64,000 nt of DNA from Trichodelitschia bisporula (lineage: Eukaryota): assembly GCA_010356995.1 (NCBI GenBank), contig ML996700.1, positions 248,001-312,000 of the forward strand, given 5' to 3'. Below the pieces are notes generated by a model. The model saw only the letters and a program-made list of their open reading frames with translations. It was not told the DNA's origin and made no database searches. This document shows, one piece after another, positions 48,013 to 61,215 of the stretch (positions within the stretch are counted from its first letter, which is position 1; every line of letters starts with the position of its first letter). The position numbers and the translations under genes are program-made.

Positions 48013-51000
48013 CGGAACGGACTGTTTGCGCAACGTGCGTACCCTGTGGAGTATTTGTCAATACGAGAAGATCCGGGGACAGGTAGTGGAAAGGCTAGTG
48101 AGGTTGCGGAGTCGGAAGAGGAGGAAGGGGTGGGGGGGAGGGGGGTGAGGGGGTAAGATGCGTGGTGTCGACGGGTGAGTGGTTGCAGGTGCAAGCCCCT
48201 CCAAAGGTGGAAGGTACGCACTAGGTGATGTTAAGGGCACTCAGCATAGATGCGCAAGCCGGAAGAACGGCGACAAAAGGAGGAGGAGGGTCGGTATGTG
48301 CAATGGCAGCGAAGAAGAAGGGTGAGTATTGGCGACAGCGAAGGAAGTGAAGATGGTGGCGGTTGTGTGGTGGTTGAAGGTAAGGGTTGGCTGTGTCGCC
48401 GACGTCTGCAGTTGCATTCAGTAGTTGCTAGGCGTTACAGTACCATTTGCTGAGAAAGGACGTTTAGGCAGTAGTTGCGTTTGGCTGTTAGAGAGGTTAG
48501 GTACACGTTCCGGGGGCTGGCGGCCGAGGATCTCCCGTGCATGTGTTGGTTTTGTCCAGGCTAAGGGCCATGAGATAATGTCGTGGCCGTCCTTGTCCCC
48601 AGAAACATCAGTGCATGGCGACCACGACTTTTTGGCGTGTCCCTTGGGCCGTGCAAGTGCGGGCAAGTGCCAAGTCTACGATATTCCTGGAAATAAGCGG
48701 CGGCGACAAACAATCTTTGGCACCGTCAAAGAGCGTTTCCTTTCCAACTAGCAACTACGAGAACTAGTAGCGACTAGCGACTATGGTAGTGGCAAACAAG
48801 AATTTGATAGTCATAAAGCGTCAAATCTCTATGCACTCGGAAGAGGCATGAACGGGGTAGTGGATCAACCAAATCAAGCGATGTTTACGGATTAGGCTGC
48901 GAAGTCTTCAACTATTGTCCTTGGTCCTAAGCGTCGCTTTCCCATAACAAAGATTGACCAGACAAGAAGGTTCCCTTATCTGCATGTGTGCAGTATGTAG
49001 CGCGACAAGCAGTCCTTAAGAACGCTCGCGATGGATCGCCCGCAGACCCTTCTGAATTGAATGTTTTTATCTGTGTTGGTGACATCTGGTCGAAGCCCAA
49101 TGTAACCCGTAAACCTTTGTCGGCCGTTCTACTTTGCTGTAGACTGCTCAAGAGCGGCGATAGAGTGGCATTGCGTAATAGACACCGGCTACAAGCACCA
49201 CCGCAAACGGTAGAGAGCAAAGCACTCGACGTGCATATGTTTCTTGAGGCACTTGGGGGGGAAGGCGGGTGAAATTCCAACAGATGCCTACTTCCTTGCG
49301 GAAGGAGTCAGTCATTCCATCTCCTAATTCACGTGTCAGTCAATCCTTCGGCATATCATCGAGCTTGCATTCTACTGCAAGCTGCCAATACTCCCATTAC
49401 ATTGAACACGTGCACACCTATGTAAGATTCCCCTCAAGAGCGACCCTCTGACACCTATTAGGCACCGTCAATTTAGAACCACTCTGCCAGTACGAGTAGA
49501 AGGCGGCTTCTTTGGCTACATGCGAGGTGAACATCTTAAAAGGACCGCTCCTGTCTAGTGGATCAAAGCGGAGGCATTGTAGACAGACAACGACTGGTGA
49601 AAATCTCATATCGTCCAGAGTACTTCCTCGCGACCATCCACACCGAAGAGGCTGCGATGCAGGGTAAGGGCTGAAGTCTACCTTGACAGGTGAGTGGACC
49701 CTGACGGACTGCTTTACGTAGTACCTAGCTGAGCAGCGGGGTTGTCGAATCAAGAGTCTTTGCTGAGCATACCTAGCTTTCAGCACTCTTAAAACTACAA
49801 TTCGAGGGCGGATAAGGGTTGCGGAGTGTCGAACAGCTAATTCTGCTTGTCCTTTAGGTGGACCGAGTACCTAATACCTCCGGTAAGGCCTTGGATCCGG
49901 CAGTTGAGAGCCGACGATACAAATTGAATCCCGGATCCACTTTAAGACGACAATCTCTCTGCAAACACAATCCGCTTGGAAGGGTCAATGTACTTCTTTG
50001 ATGTGCGACTTTGGAGCAGCTTGCCTTCCCCATCTTTTGTGTACCATTGACGTCCCGCGATAGTCATGGACTTTCCAATACTCTGATAGTGGATGAACCT
50101 GCGAGATCGTGATATCCCATTATCTCTGGAAGGTTTGAAGGTGAAAGGAGGAGTACAGTAGGCGGGGTGCACGGTAGGACTTGTGTAGTCGTGGGCAATT
50201 AGCCTCGAGTCCTCAACTCGATAGTGCAAGCCCAAAAATGCTTAGTGTTAACGGGTAGGGTACCGGGAGATATTCATAGATTTGCTTCCGACCAGGTTGG
50301 GCCATTGCGAATTTGGGATGGCTGATGGGACTAGTTCGAATCCCTAGCCGTGGCTTGGAAAGCCAAAAGATATCGCGCTTCTGCTTGTCAATTGGGAGTG
50401 AAGTGTGACAAGCGGTTCGGCGCTGAGCGAGAGTGAGACGGGAACTTTTATGGGAGAGCAACAGTCCAGCCAGTCGCAGCCACTGTGTTGTGTGTCTCCC
50501 CGGACCAGCCGTACAACGAGCCTCCCCTCAACCCGATCAACCGCCCCGTCGCCCTCCCCCAACTCCTTCACCCTTCACAACTCCCTTGCCCACGTCGTTA
50601 ACAAACGCACTCAAAAGCTCTCCCCCCCGCCCCGCCCCCTTTCCCCTTCACCTCGATCCTCGCGTTGTCACCTACCCCCACCACATCAAAGCTTCGCCTT
50701 CCCTAGGGCATCATCCCCACCAGTCCCCCTCTCCTCGAGCCGCCTCAGCCACACTTTGCCCGGGATCCGTTCCGGCGCCTGGATCTCACCGTGATTACCC
50801 ACTTGCGATCCGTCCGAGCTGTTGATTGCTTAGAAACGACTGGAATCCGCACTCCTCGTGCCCAACAGGGTGCAAACTGTGCCTGAAGCGCCGCTGCAAC
50901 TCAACGTGTCCGCCGACATCCTATTCTTTCAACTCGCCTTCCCTTGCGTAGCATTCGATCTCTATCTCCTCTTCACCACCAATATCTACTCTCCTCTCAA

Positions 51001-51122
51001 CATCGTGAGGTTGCGACTTGCGATCGTACGGAAAGTGTCGAAGACAAACGGCACCCACGCTCAATCAGGAACAACTCCGCACACTATCGTCACGAGAAGT
51101 TCGGGCGGGGTACAACAACACA

Positions 51123-51991
51123 ATGGCACAGAACGGAGGAAGTGTTATGAGAAGGTATACCCTGCAGCCTGTAGTCTTTCTTAGTTGTCTCGCGGCCCTG
51201 TCCCTTATGTCCCGTGGAAATTGAGCTGCGGATGTTCTACTCGGCGAACATATACTCATGGGGCGATTGGCGACCGTAGTGCCAGCTTCTTGCGCAATAT
51301 CTGGCTAACCTTTGGGGGTCTAGGAAGCTGGTCATCATCGGTGATGGTGCCTGCGGAAAAACTAGTCTCTTGAGTGTCTTCACATTGGGATACTTTCCCT
51401 CGGTAAATTCCTCAGCCACCCAATTTCTGTTGGTATGCTAATAATGCTTAGCGATATGTGAGCAGCCTGGAAAGGTCCGGATGAACGTCTCTAATCGATG
51501 ACTAGATCCCTACCGTCTTCGAGAACTACGTGACCGACTGTCGGGTTGATGGCAAATCCGTTCAGCTTGCATTATGGGACACGGCCGGCCAGGAAGATTA
51601 TGAGCGGCTACGCCCCATGGCATACGCTCAAGCACATGTCATCCTTATTGGCTTCAGTGTCGACTCACCGGACTCCCTTGAGAACGTGAAGCATAAATGG
51701 GCAGAAGAGGCACGCGAGCGGTGCCCTGGTGTTCCCATCATACTTGTTGGGTTGAAGAAAGACTTGCGCGACGATCCCAACGCTCAGGAACAGATGCGTT
51801 TGCGGAGCATGAAGTTCACGACCCCTTCCGAGGGCAACACGATGAAGGACGCTATTGGTGCGCGGAAATACCTGGAATGTTCGAGTTTAACGGGTGATGG
51901 CGTTGACGATGTTTTCGAAGCCGCTACCCGGGCAGCCATGATTGCTAGCGATACGGGCGAGAGCAGCCATGGATGCTGTGTGATTCAATGA
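51123..51991 (+). CDS. RHO2: Rho-family GTPase Rho2
   Basis: RR|KLVIIGDGACGKTSLLSVFTLGYFPS|RY|IPTVFENYVTDCRVDGK..WDTAGQEDYERLRP..CCVIQ; introns 51155-51323, 51403-51451, 51458-51505. Confidence 0.93.
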
Positions 51992-52582
51992 ATGAGCTGG
52001 CATGTCTTTAGTCTGCAGTCTTCATGCTTTGGGGTCGATATTCTTCGGCTCTGGTATCTGCATTAGGGGGCGTTTTGCGTCAGGATCGGATTTGACCGCG
52101 TCTGGAGTTACTGGGAGCGCATTCTTGGGTTGTCTCACAAGGGTTCGACTCTACTGTCGCCCTCCTGGCCCTCATCATTCATGTGTTCAGCCTCCCTCCC
52201 CTTTAGTCTCTTCTCGTTTGTTGTTACTCTCGCTTATTTCAAAAGCTATCTGATACATAACATCTGTATTGGGAGGTAGGATTGGAATATGGATGCGGGT
52301 AGGTTGGGTGCAAACTGGGTTCATGATATTGGAGAGGGTGGGTCGAACGGGATGGTCGATTGAGGATCGTGTTAATACGCAATGCAAATGTGTCGCTCGT
52401 TAATCTTTCTTATGCATGAACCTCTGTATCCCTAATGTGAGTGCATCATGTCGGCTGGATCAGAGACCCTTTGCCCCATCCCAATGCACAAGCCTCGCGC
52501 TCAATGCATCTGACAGCCATAAGCTTCCCGGATTATGATTTATAGAGCCTTCGACCTCTGAACGAGCTGTGCCAACACTCCA

Positions 52583-53216
52583 TCAACCCCTCTTCCACTC
52601 ATGGTTCCAGCCACTTTTGCTCGGCCAATCCGTCTGTATTCTCGCATATTCGATTGGCGCTCCTTGCCAGATATTTCTTTTCTCCATAGCCACACGGTAC
52701 AGTCGACCCTCATCCTTGCCCCCGGGCATCCCGTTCTCGCCGATTTGACGCAGTTCCTCGCAAGCGAGCCGCATGCTATTGTACATGCGCTCAAGATCAC
52801 GCTCCTCACGATCGCGCTGCTTCGCCTTGTACAGATTCCACGCGCGGTGAATAGCCCAGTGCCGGAGGGCGCGCAAACGCGAGAAGCGCAGCGGGCGCGG
52901 CGTTCGGGGATGATTGAGGAAATAACGGATGAGAACTAGGACACATTGTTAATCTAGCATATATATACTAGGTACCAGACATACCTATCCGCTTGTCCTT
53001 CTTCGGACCGCCTTTGCCTTTCCGGGCTTGTAAGGTAGCGGATGTGCTGAAGCGGGAGATAGGCAATTGCACAGCAAGGGTCCGACTAGGGAAGATTTGA
53101 CAGGCGGGCCAAGTGCCGGCAAGGCCATTGAGCGACCAGAAAGACTTCATGCTGGTGGTGGAGGCGTGAACTGTCGCCGTTGCGTCTGATGCATGGAGAT
53201 GCGTGAGTGCAGACAT
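52583..53216 (-). CDS. MRPL28: Mitochondrial ribosomal protein mL40 (MRP-L28 family)
   Basis: Presequence; KKDKRI|VLIRYFL..PRPLRFSRLRALRHWAIHRAW..SMRLACEEL..PIEYARIQTDWP; one intron. Start could instead be the ATG near 53150. Confidence 0.75.
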
Positions 53217-54389
53217 TCGCTAGTGCGGCTCTTTCGGTGCCAAGCCGCGCGGTTGGCGGCTGCGCGCGAATGAGCGTCAGCCCTACCATCTGGGTTATTG
53301 GTCGGTCCGTGCGCACATAACAAGTGGCTTATGGAGAAGACAAAGCTGGCGGTGAAAATATCGCGCCTGTTTTGTACAAGGCACATCGACTACAATAGTA
53401 TGTTCCATCTCGGCAGTAGTCATCTCTGGGCCTGTCCATGGCTGGCAGTTGAAATCTGGTCTACATTTGCCGATGTGTACCGTACTTCCTTCCCCATCTC
53501 CTAAGGGAGGAACTTGCGAATATTTGGTTCGATCCGAGTTTGGTCAAATCACAGTCCAACGCCGGCTGCAGTTAAACTCCCTTATGGTTATCTCATACTG
53601 AGCAAAGTGGAGCTAATGCCTCTTTTAGGAACATTCATGTGCGCTCTGCTGTCTCTACTACGTTGGCAGGTTCCTTGCTCTCTCCGCGAACATCATCCTG
53701 AGCCCAACACAAAATTTCCAGTCCCAAGAGGTCGCAGTTGTTACTGTTTCTTGACAGGTGGAGCATGTGTGCTAAGACTGACACAATGAGGCTGAAATGC
53801 TTGCACGATATGTGCGCCTTGTGGCCTTGTGGGCTGCGACATCCAAATAGCGGGGTGATGGAGTTATTTCTGGCAAACCTTTGAGGGTCAGATTCGTTGC
53901 ATTGAGCATTCTCTTACGTATTCCGGAGGAAGTGTTTGACCTTGATATCAGTGGAATTTCAGCTCTAGCTCCTCGAACCGAAGGCAGCCTCCGCATCGGC
54001 AGCGCGTCAGCCTCATTTCCAACCCAGCCCTTTCGCAGTACTGTCTGCTTCATACCTCCATCCATGGAGACCTTCTCTAATCTACCACCTCTTTCCTGGG
54101 TCACTTAATGGCATCAGCCGATGCAATTAGAAAACGTTTTCATTCCCCGCATCTTGACTGGCGACCGGGATTAAGGCCCCCGCCAAAGTGGGGGTAGCTG
54201 AAGCTAAAAATAGGGTTCGGGGATTTCTAACCCTACCTACAAACAATTACCGCTCCATTACGCGAACTCAGCTCTTGCGTAACTACACGTGCTGTACAGC
54301 TAGCAAAGTGAAAGCAAACCTCCCCGCTACCACCACTTCTTGTTAGGCCTCCCATCTTCCTCCAACTTTTGTCCAAATCTCTCACGATC

Positions 54390-56333
54390 ATGGATGCGGA
54401 CAAGGACAACATCCTAGAGGCTTCGGCCCGCCACCCCAAGCCGGCGGGTAACTTCCAGTACGGTACCGCTGGAGTAAGCTTCCTTTCTGGGTTCGATGCA
54501 GATTGATGGAGCTTGCCCACTAACGCTATGTGTCTGACTACAGTTCCGCATGAAGGCGTACGTTTGCCCAGCTCCTTTGCCGTTCCTATTCCACGCATGT
54601 TGAACAACGAAATGGGAAACACTGGCTATGATGTGCTGCTAACAGCCGAGTTAGGAACCTGCTGGACTCGGTTGTCTTCAGGGTCGGCTTGCTCGCTGTG
54701 TTGCGCTCGAAGAAATTGAACGGACAGACGATTGGGCTTATGATTACGGCCAGCCACAATCCTCCGGAGGACAATGGAGTCAAGCTTGTCGACCCAATGG
54801 TATGAGAAGTTATTGCCCTCGGAATCAAGAATGCGGCTAACAACCTGACTAGGGTGAGATGCTCGAGGTGAGCCGGCTACATACTGCACCCGCTGGAAGA
54901 AGCTAACGGCTTCGAGCAAACATGGGAGACACATGCCACCACACTGGCCAACGCGCCCTCGGATGAGGCCCTGTTTGCCGCATTTGCGAAGCTATCATCA
55001 GACCTCAAGGTCCGCATGGACTCCCCGGCACGCGTCATTTTCGCGCGTGATACTCGTGCTTCCGGTATCACCTTGGCTGCCTCTCTTGTGGATGCACTAG
55101 ACGCTCTCAAGGCCGAGTACACAGATTACAAGCTGCAGACTACTCCCCAGCTGCACTATCTGGTCCGTGCGATAAACACGAAGGGCACGCCTCACGCCTA
55201 CGGTGAAGTTAGCGAAAAGGGGTACTATGAAAAGATTGCGGATGGGTTTAAGCTGGCCATGAAGCACCGGCAGACCAAGGGCCATGTGGTGGTCGACTGT
55301 GCGAACGGTGTCGGGGGACCTAAGCTGCGTGAGATGACCAAGTACCTTGCGAGCGCGAACGAGGGAGGTATTGACATCAAGGTCGTCTGCGACGACGTCG
55401 TGAATCCCCAGGCTCTTAATGTCCAGGTATGGTCTGGGCTTCTGTTTCACAATCCACTGGCTAACTTTTGCCAAGTGCGGCGCAGATTTCGTCAAGACGC
55501 AGCAGCGTGCGCCTCCGTCTTCCAAGGCCTCGCCGCTTGAGCGGTGTGCCTCGCTCGATGGAGATGCGGATCGGCTTGTCTACTACTTCATCGACAGCAG
55601 CAATACCTTCCATCTCCTTGACGGCGACCGGATCGCTACATTGACCGCATCTTTCTTTGCCGATCTCGGTCGTGCTTCGGGTCTCATTGACCGTCTGAAC
55701 ATGGGCGTGGTTCAGACTGCCTATGCCAACGGTGCCTCGACTCGATACATTACGGAGAATCTTCAGCTACCGGTCATTTGCACGAATACCGGCGTCAAGC
55801 ACTTGCACCATGCCGCCACTCGGTTCGACATTGGAGTTTACTTTGAAGCTAACGGCCACGGTACCGTTATCTTCAGTGCAAAGGCAATCAAGGAAATTAA
55901 CCGGCACGAACCAAGGTCCCCTGCTCAAGCTGATGCTTTGGAGACCATGAAGTCCCTTGTTGCTCTCATCAACCAGGCTGTCGGTGACGCCCTCTCCGAT
56001 CTTCTCTTAGTAGAGGTCATCTTGGCTCACAAGAACTGGGGTGTCCAAGAGTGGCTCAACACTTATGTCGACCTGCCGAACCGTCTTGTCCGCGTTGAGG
56101 TGCGCGATCGTGGCATCTTCAAGGCTGTCGATGCCGAACGGAAGCTTGAGGCACCACTAAACATCCAAAAGGAGATTGACGACCTCGTCGGCAAGTACTC
56201 CAAGGGCCGGAGTTTCGCCCGGGCCAGTGGAACTGAAGACGCTGTCCGCGTGTATGCCGAGGCAGCGACTCGAGGCGAGGCGGATGAGCTTGCAGCCAAG
56301 GTTGCCGCCATCGTCCAAAAGTATGGCGTTTGA
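54390..56333 (+). CDS. PCM1: Phosphoacetylglucosamine mutase
   Basis: QYGTAG|FRMK, catalytic [22 protein letters not shown], metal site [21 protein letters not shown]; 5 introns. Confidence 0.94.
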
Positions 56334-56907
56334 GAGAGGTGCATCAGAGTCGGCAACGGCTTCACTCTCACTGAAATGCTGGTTGCTAGGCCAAAGCTGG
56401 AAAGAAATAGGGATAATGATGGCGTTGAAATGGAATGACGCCCTACAATCGTTACGGTTGATGGTCATATATTGTTAATGGCTGCACGATACCGGCACTG
56501 ATGCTGGACAAAAGCGATTTTCATATAGAGAGTTTGATCTCTGCCCGAGTCACTGGTTGTTCCTTCAATAGAGAACTGCCAACGAAGTTTGGTTACCGAA
56601 GTGTCTGCGTAGCAACCCTGAACTATGATCGCATGCGCATAGACGCTATACAGAGGCAACGTATTGGACCTGTTTTCGATCTACCCATCAACACTAGCAC
56701 TTCGCAACCGGTAGCAACATGGATATATATCACTAGGGATGAACTTCTATGAAAAGAAAGCGGCGTCTCAAAGCCCCGTTGGCTGAGGACATGCGCCAAC
56801 CAAATGCGACGCGACCTTCCCCAAAGACCACAAACTGAAGCTAGGGAGCAACGCCGATGTTAACCCACGGCATCCATTGATCAATCTCCAAGTGGCACGT
56901 CAGATGC

Positions 56908-58465
56908 TCACTGCCTGAACCCGCTGGTGCTGTGCACCAGACGCCCTCTTACCCACACGGCAATGGTGTTCCTATCGTCACCTCCGTATACCCACTTATG
57001 CACTCGATCCTCCCACCCCTCCCACCCGAACATATCTACCGGGCCGTGGTGCGCATGCAACCCCTCCCCATCCTCCTCCACATCGCCCATAGAAATCAAT
57101 TGCGCATCCCACTCTTTACCCACTTCGAACCCGCCAATCCGGTCCTCAAGACCCACAACCCGCGCCCCACCCCGCGTCCCCAACCACAATGCCTCCTCTG
57201 CCGACAACTTGGTGTCGTCGCCCTCCGTCATGGCCACATGCCGCGATACCCAGATTGCCTGCCGCACCATCTCCAGCACACTCGCGCTGAACCCCCCGCT
57301 GACATCCGTTCCCAGCCCCACCGCAATCCCCTCGTCCAGCAGCCGCCGTACCCGCGCACACCCACTCGTCAGCGCCGTGTTGCTGGCAGGACAATGCGCG
57401 ATCTTGGCGTCACGGGCGCGGATGGTCGCGATCTCGCTGTCGGACAGGTGGACTGCGTGCGCGAGGATCATTTTCGAGGTCAAGAGTCCTGCCGCGTCGT
57501 ACACGTCCGTGTAGTTGAGCCGCTCCGGGAAGAGCTTTGCGACGAGCTCGATTTCGGACTTGTTCTCTGCGATGTGGGTTTGCGCCGGTACGCCGGTTTC
57601 CTTTTGCAGCGCGCCTAGCGCTGCGAGGCAATCTGCTGTGCAGGAGGGGGCGAAGCGCGGGGTTAAGATGGGTGAGACGAGTTCGTATTTCGGGTCGATG
57701 GAGGTGATGTAGTCGATGCAGGCGCGGGATGCGGCCACGGCCGCTTCTACAGATTCATCGCGGTAGAAGTCCGGACTCAAATCGGAGTTCATGCATACAC
57801 GACCGACGAAGGCACGCTGGCCCTTTGCTAGACAGATGTCGGCGAGGAGGTTGGTGGCGGGCACGTGGATGGTGGCATAGTAGGCGGCGGTGGTGGTGCC
57901 ATGAGAGAGCGTACGGGAGACGGCGCGCGAATAGATTCTCGTAGCTTTGTCGAGGTCGGAGAGCGATGATTCGAGCGGGAAGGTGTAGGTGTTGAGCCAG
58001 TCGAGGAGCGTGGATTTACCGAAGATGCCGGCGTTGGGGTACTGCGAGGCGTGGATATGGGTGTCTGTCAGGGTATCAGCTCCTTCGTCCAACCGGAAGA
58101 TTTAGGGACATAAAAGCGCCTTGATATAGCCCAAAGGGGCAAATATACGTACCTATAAAACCGGGGAAAAAGAAGCTGGTGCTCCCAATGCGGACAACCT
58201 TGCACACGCCCCAGCCATGCCTCTCCTGCACCTTCGCCACATCCTTGACCCCGCGCTCCACAAAGGCGATGGTGCCGGTCTCGTCGACGCCAATGGCGCC
58301 CTCGTCGCAGATGTCCAGCTCTTGCAGCGTTTTGCAATGCACGAAAGACCCCACGTAGATGGTACGCTCCAAGGGAATCTTCCGCCCTTGCCCCGCCTGC
58401 GTGTCGGAACCCATGCTACCGTTGGAGAGAGCCACCAGCCTGGTCCAGAGAGCTGCAATTGACAT
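56908..58465 (-). CDS. GUD1: Guanine deaminase
   Basis: PGFI|DTHIHASQY, TPRFAPSC, QTHIAEN, LAHAVH, HCPASN, LGTDVSGG; intron 58065-58152. Confidence 0.93.
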
Positions 58466-59207
58466 GGAGGTTAGCCCGATCGAAAAGGGGGGATTCTGGG
58501 GAGTTTGGGAGATGCCCGAACCTCTAAACTGGAGATCAAGTGGGCTGGTCTTTCCTTTATCTCCTTCGCACCTTGCCTATCTTTCTAGGGGTGTGGGATG
58601 GGGAAAGCTACAGTTGGAAAAAGCAATTTGCCGATTTGCCTAACGTTAGTACTGGTGGCACTGCGCATGCGCGGCTAGAGGCGGCCGGCGAACTCCGGAT
58701 CAAGGAATATACCGCGATGCTATCTGACTTCAATCAGGGCCTCCAACAGCCCTCTATGGCTGACAACTGCAAACAGTCTGACTTGGTGTCTGAAAAATTG
58801 TTGCAAAAAGTACCTGCTAGAGTTGAAACCTCGACGCTCAACATCGTCTTCAAATGAGCGAAGTTAAGTGAAGCGGTGTTGTAATGTCATATGAGCAAAC
58901 GGTGTTCACGAGCACTCACTAATGCCTGTCAGCATATCGCACTAAGGACTTCACAAATGCATCGACCTTCATGAAGAAGGAATCGTTTTTGCATTAATGG
59001 ACAAGCCCCTCTTCATGTAGGTAAAAATTTGGCGCTCAAGTTCACCGAACGTAGCATCACCTTACGCACATCGCAAAAGATCAGACCGTCTCCTTCACTC
59101 AACCAGCGACTTGATCGTACAGAGACCATAACCAACCTTTTCCCCGCCCAGTCATAATTTACAAACATAACCCCCGAGCGCCAGACATGTCCTAGCACCG
59201 CGCTAAG

Positions 59208-61215
59208 CTAAACGCTGAATTCAGAGATGCCCGCCGGACCCATGTCATTGTAATCTGCCCGGGTCATGAAAGCCTTACTAGGACCTTGATCGAACACGAA
59301 GATTATCCTAGCCGCCACCTGCGCCCCGAGGAAGTAGGCCTCATCAAAGCCATGCTCCTTCCACTCGGGGAAGTACTCGCCAACCCGGGCCCACTTGGCG
59401 CTGGTGGGTGTCTGGCCATGCGATGAGTGCATGTTCTGGTTTGATCCCAGCGCGTTCCCGGGGTTGAGATTTTGATTATGGGCGGCCGTCGTAGCTGCGA
59501 GCAGTAACGGATTGACATTGCTGCTCGGCTGGCCGAGCCCAAGGGGACCAAGCTGAGGCTGCGGCGTTTGCGATCCGGTGCCGGCAGGTGTGGATAGATT
59601 CGAGGGAAGCTCTGAAGTGAATATAGTCGCCGAAGAGGGAGAAATTATATATCTGCTCTGGATGGTGGCCATGAGAGTCTCTTTGAATCCTATACGACGT
59701 CAGTAATGTAATAAAGTGGGGTGCAACATTTACATACCCCGAATCTTGGAGCCGTTCCCTACGAGGATCAGGTTGTCCCAGCATTCGCTCCGCCTAGCCA
59801 CATCTACGGCACTGATGGTGCGATGGATTCCATCAGCAATCCGATCTATTATACCACCACTGGCAGCCTGGAAACGTTCCACGCCGACTTCGATCTCTCG
59901 CCGAGGTGCGCCGGCTTGCTTTGGGGACGTCGGTGTCCCATTCGCATCCGTCACTTCGACTGCCTGCCTGTCGGAAATCGAAGGCTTTTGGTTGCCCTGA
60001 TCAAATTTGGCATGCGCCTCGGCCATCTTTTGTCCACTCATGTTCATGCCTTTGAGAGCATCCAGCAGGGCGTGATCCTGGTACGTGAATGTGGCTTTCT
60101 CCCGCTTGTTGTTTGGAAGTTTGGTGATTTTACTTGCTGCATTCGCCGCCTCCACGCCACCCTTCTTTTTGGCCTGCTTCTCCAGCTTCTCACGTTCCTT
60201 CTTTGCTAAGAACTCTTCCATTTTACCGCCCGTGACGATGCTTGCCACATCCAAGATACCTTCATTGTCATCTTCGTCTTTGCCCTCCTCCCCAACTTCG
60301 GTATTAGGACCAGGTCCTCTTGGAGCTTCCCCTAGTGCCCCAGCAGTGAGTCGGTGACCGGGGCCAGAATCTGTTGCACCAGTGGATGCGGCAGAAGCCG
60401 GGTTGCCAAGGTCATTGCCACTTTCATCAGACTTTCCAGGTAGGGGTGTACCAGGGGGCAGGAGCTCGCAAATCGGGTTCTTCTTGAGTTGCTCGCACAT
60501 GTCGCGCGTGAACCTTTGCGAGGAGAGGAGCCTGTGGAGCTGGTCTGTCATGGCCTCGCCTCCACAGCCGGGCATGGCAATTTGACGGCCGGTGGAGTTG
60601 ATACAGAAGTTGGTGATGGCCGTGATATCTGCCTTCTCAAAGCCGACATCGATGACGCATGCATTCACCAAGTCCTTATGCGCCCACATAGACGCGTAAG
60701 CGGAGTCGATGATGCTGAATGCGGGTGTCTTAAACTTCTCAAAAAAGAACTGCGTCAGTCTGTTGTGGTCTTTACGTCCCCAGGCGGGCTGTCCGACGAG
60801 AAGTATGGGGGTGTGGAGGCCAGGGCTCAGGCGATTGTGAATGTAGCTCATGAGGGCGAAGAAACAGGACCAGTCGACAATCCTGCCCTCAACGATGGGC
60901 CATACAGCGCCCTCTTCAGTTTCAAGATCCTCGTAGTACTCCGGCTCGTCTGCGCCGTCGCCATTTTGTTGCGCGCCGCTTTCCTTTTCACGTTGGCGTA
61001 CTTTGAAAGGTTCCCATTCCCCAAGTTTCTCGGCGGGGAACATGCGCGACCTCATGCGCAATTTCGCGGGCGTGAGAGATTCGGGGATCCCAAGTTGGGC
61101 CAGGGTGGTTTGCGAACCCGGGACGATAATCTATGTCGCATCAGCGGTGGGGTGCAGCAAACATGACGAGATTGTTTGGCCTTACGAGAATCTGATCATC
61201 TTTGAAGAGAGGCAT
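59208..61215 (-). CDS. ARP9: Actin-related protein Arp9 (SWI/SNF and RSC subunit)
   Basis: MPLFKDDQIL|IIVPGSQTTLAQLG, WPIVEGRIVDW, VIDVGFEKAD, WDNLILVGNGSKIRG|F, EYFPEWK..FLGAQVAA; 2 introns. Confidence 0.85.

Noticed and set aside
48221..48247. Short uORF (MLSALNIT*) upstream of NST1
   Set aside because: Weak start context and unknown TSS.
50328..50346. GTTCGAATCC B-box-like motif (similar ones near 52143 and 53528)
   Set aside because: No T-stem or cloverleaf can be formed, so not a tRNA.
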